Origin: Macrostomum hystrix
Taxonomy: Eukaryota; Animalia; Platyhelminthes
DNA: 64,000 nucleotides
Assembly (NCBI GenBank): GCA_950097015.1
Contig: CATNEN010000037.1
Span: 2,418,001-2,482,000, forward strand
Direction of reading: 5' to 3'
Under the pieces are notes generated by a model. That model had not been told where the DNA came from. It was given only the letters and a program-made list of their open reading frames with translations, and ran no database searches. The position numbers and the translations under genes were made by a program. Shown in pieces: positions 62,519-64,000 of the stretch. Within the stretch, counting starts at the first letter, position 1. The number at the start of each line of letters is the position of its first letter.

Positions 62519-63503
62519 CTGAAGGCCAATGACAAGGACCTCAGTCACGAGCTCGAGTACTCGATTGACGCCAGCTCGCCGGAGGAGTCGCGTCGTCACT
62601 TCGACGTTCTGTCAGACGGCAGCCTGACGATCAAGGAGCCGCTGGACTTTGAGACCCAGGCAGCATTCCGCATGCAGGTGAAGGTCTCGGACGGCCGCTT
62701 CGAGGACAAGACAGTCGTCGAGGTGGTGGTTGAAGACGCTAACGACAATGCGCCTGAGTATGAGGAGAGCGGCCAGCTGCAGGTGGAGGAGGGCCGCGAG
62801 GCCGGCGAGAGAATCGGCTCCGTGCGTGCCTTCGATCGCGACTCCGGGCCCCGCGGCGAGGTCGACTGCGAGACCCGGTCGCAGCACAACAACCGCTTTC
62901 TGAGCGTCAAATTCGCCCAGACCGACCTGCCGAACACCTACGCGGTGCACTCGGCTATGACATTCGACCGGGAGCGGGACCAGGTGGTGACGGGAACCCT
63001 GGTGTGCTGGGACCGCGGCCAGCCCAGCCTCACCAGCACCTACACGGCTAGAATCATTGTTCTGGATCGGAACGACAATGCGCCAAGATTTCTGGACACC
63101 GACGCGTCCGGAATGATTGAGACCCAGCTGGTTGAGAACAATCGACCAGGAGCCCTGGTCACTCGACTGCGGGCCATCGACGCTGACGAGGGCGAGAACG
63201 CCCGGCTCACCTACCGACTTGTCGGCGACGGGAATGATGACTCTTTCGAGGTGGACGCCGTCAGTGGCGAGGTCACGGCCAGGCGGAGCTTCGATCGGGA
63301 GCGTCGGGACTCCTACAGGCTGCGGCTGGAGGTGTCGGACTCCGGCCGGCCGGCCCTGACAGGCTCAGCGCTGCTTCGCGTCAGCATCGCCGATGAGAAC
63401 GACAACGCGCCGCAGTTCACCGGAGCCACCGCCTTCCAGGTGAACGAGAACACCGCGCCGCCAGTGCTTCTCGGAGTGATGACGGCCACCGATGCTGACA
63501 TCG
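62519..63503 (+). CDS. Protocadherin exon 2 (rest of EC3, EC4, EC5, start of EC6)
   Basis: The acceptor caacag is in phase 0, continuing VITK|LKANDKD. Motifs LDFET, DANDNAP, FDRER, DRNDNAP and DENDNAP. Donor GTGAGT at 63504, phase 1. Confidence 0.95.
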
Positions 63504-63587
63504 GTGAGTTAGTACTTTAGCTCAGGCGTTTAGGGATTTCTCGACAGTTAGATCATTCCATTGAACCCGAACTCGCGCATTACTCAG

Positions 63588-64000
63588 GCGTGAATGGCCA
63601 GGTGTTCTTCACTCAGCTGTCGCACAGTCACATGGACAGATTCCGGGTGGACCTGAACGGTAGCCTTGTGGCCACCGCCAAGCTGGACCGCGAGGAGCGC
63701 AGCGAGTACAGCATCCCGGTGCGCGTGTCCGACCGCGCCGCGGCGCCGGCGTCCAAGTTCACCGACCAGCTCGTCCTGGTCCGCGTGCTGGACGTCAACG
63801 ACGAGACGCCGCGCATTGTGCAGCCGTCCAGCGGCGGCTCCGGCGTCAACTCCACTGGCGTCAACGGGGCCGCGGTCCGCATCAGCATCTACACTCACCG
63901 GCCGGGCGCCTCCGTGCTGCAGGTTCGGGCGGTTGACCGCGACGAAGGCGTCAACGGCCAGATTGTGTACAGCCTGACCCAGGGCCGCGGGTCCAAGTTC
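63588..64000 (+). CDS. Protocadherin exon 3 (EC6 and start of EC7), runs off the window
   Basis: Manually translated GVNGQVFF...LDREERSEY...DVNDETPRI...VRAVDRDEGVNGQIVYSL; the actcag acceptor matches phase 1. Confidence 0.93.

Noticed and set aside
62596-63898. Minus-strand and alternative-frame ORFs over the protocadherin exons (also 54869-55800)
   Set aside because: They are shadow ORFs of GC-rich coding sequence.

Overview
Eukaryotic, intron-containing animal DNA. A flatworm such as Macrostomum is plausible from the style, but that is inference only. Two protein-coding genes lie on the + strand. The first is a class C GPCR of the metabotropic glutamate receptor family: 9 exons reconstructed with consistent phases across 5797-20749, N-terminal exons upstream of the window. 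Its sequence resembles the non-glutamate mXR/mangetout subtype, and it appears to end via a GC-AG intron. The second is a protocadherin with at least 7 cadherin repeats, starting at 54927 and running off the right edge. The left edge holds a stop-interrupted Crypton/DUF3504-type tyrosine-recombinase ORF fragment next to a 404-bp element with terminal inverted repeats and nested hairpins. A 5'-truncated RNase H-bearing LINE sits in a GPCR intron, and two tRNA-derived SINE families are dispersed through the window. More than 20 different mini- and microsatellite arrays make up a large part of the sequence. Nearly all long ORFs in the supplied track are tandem-repeat artefacts.
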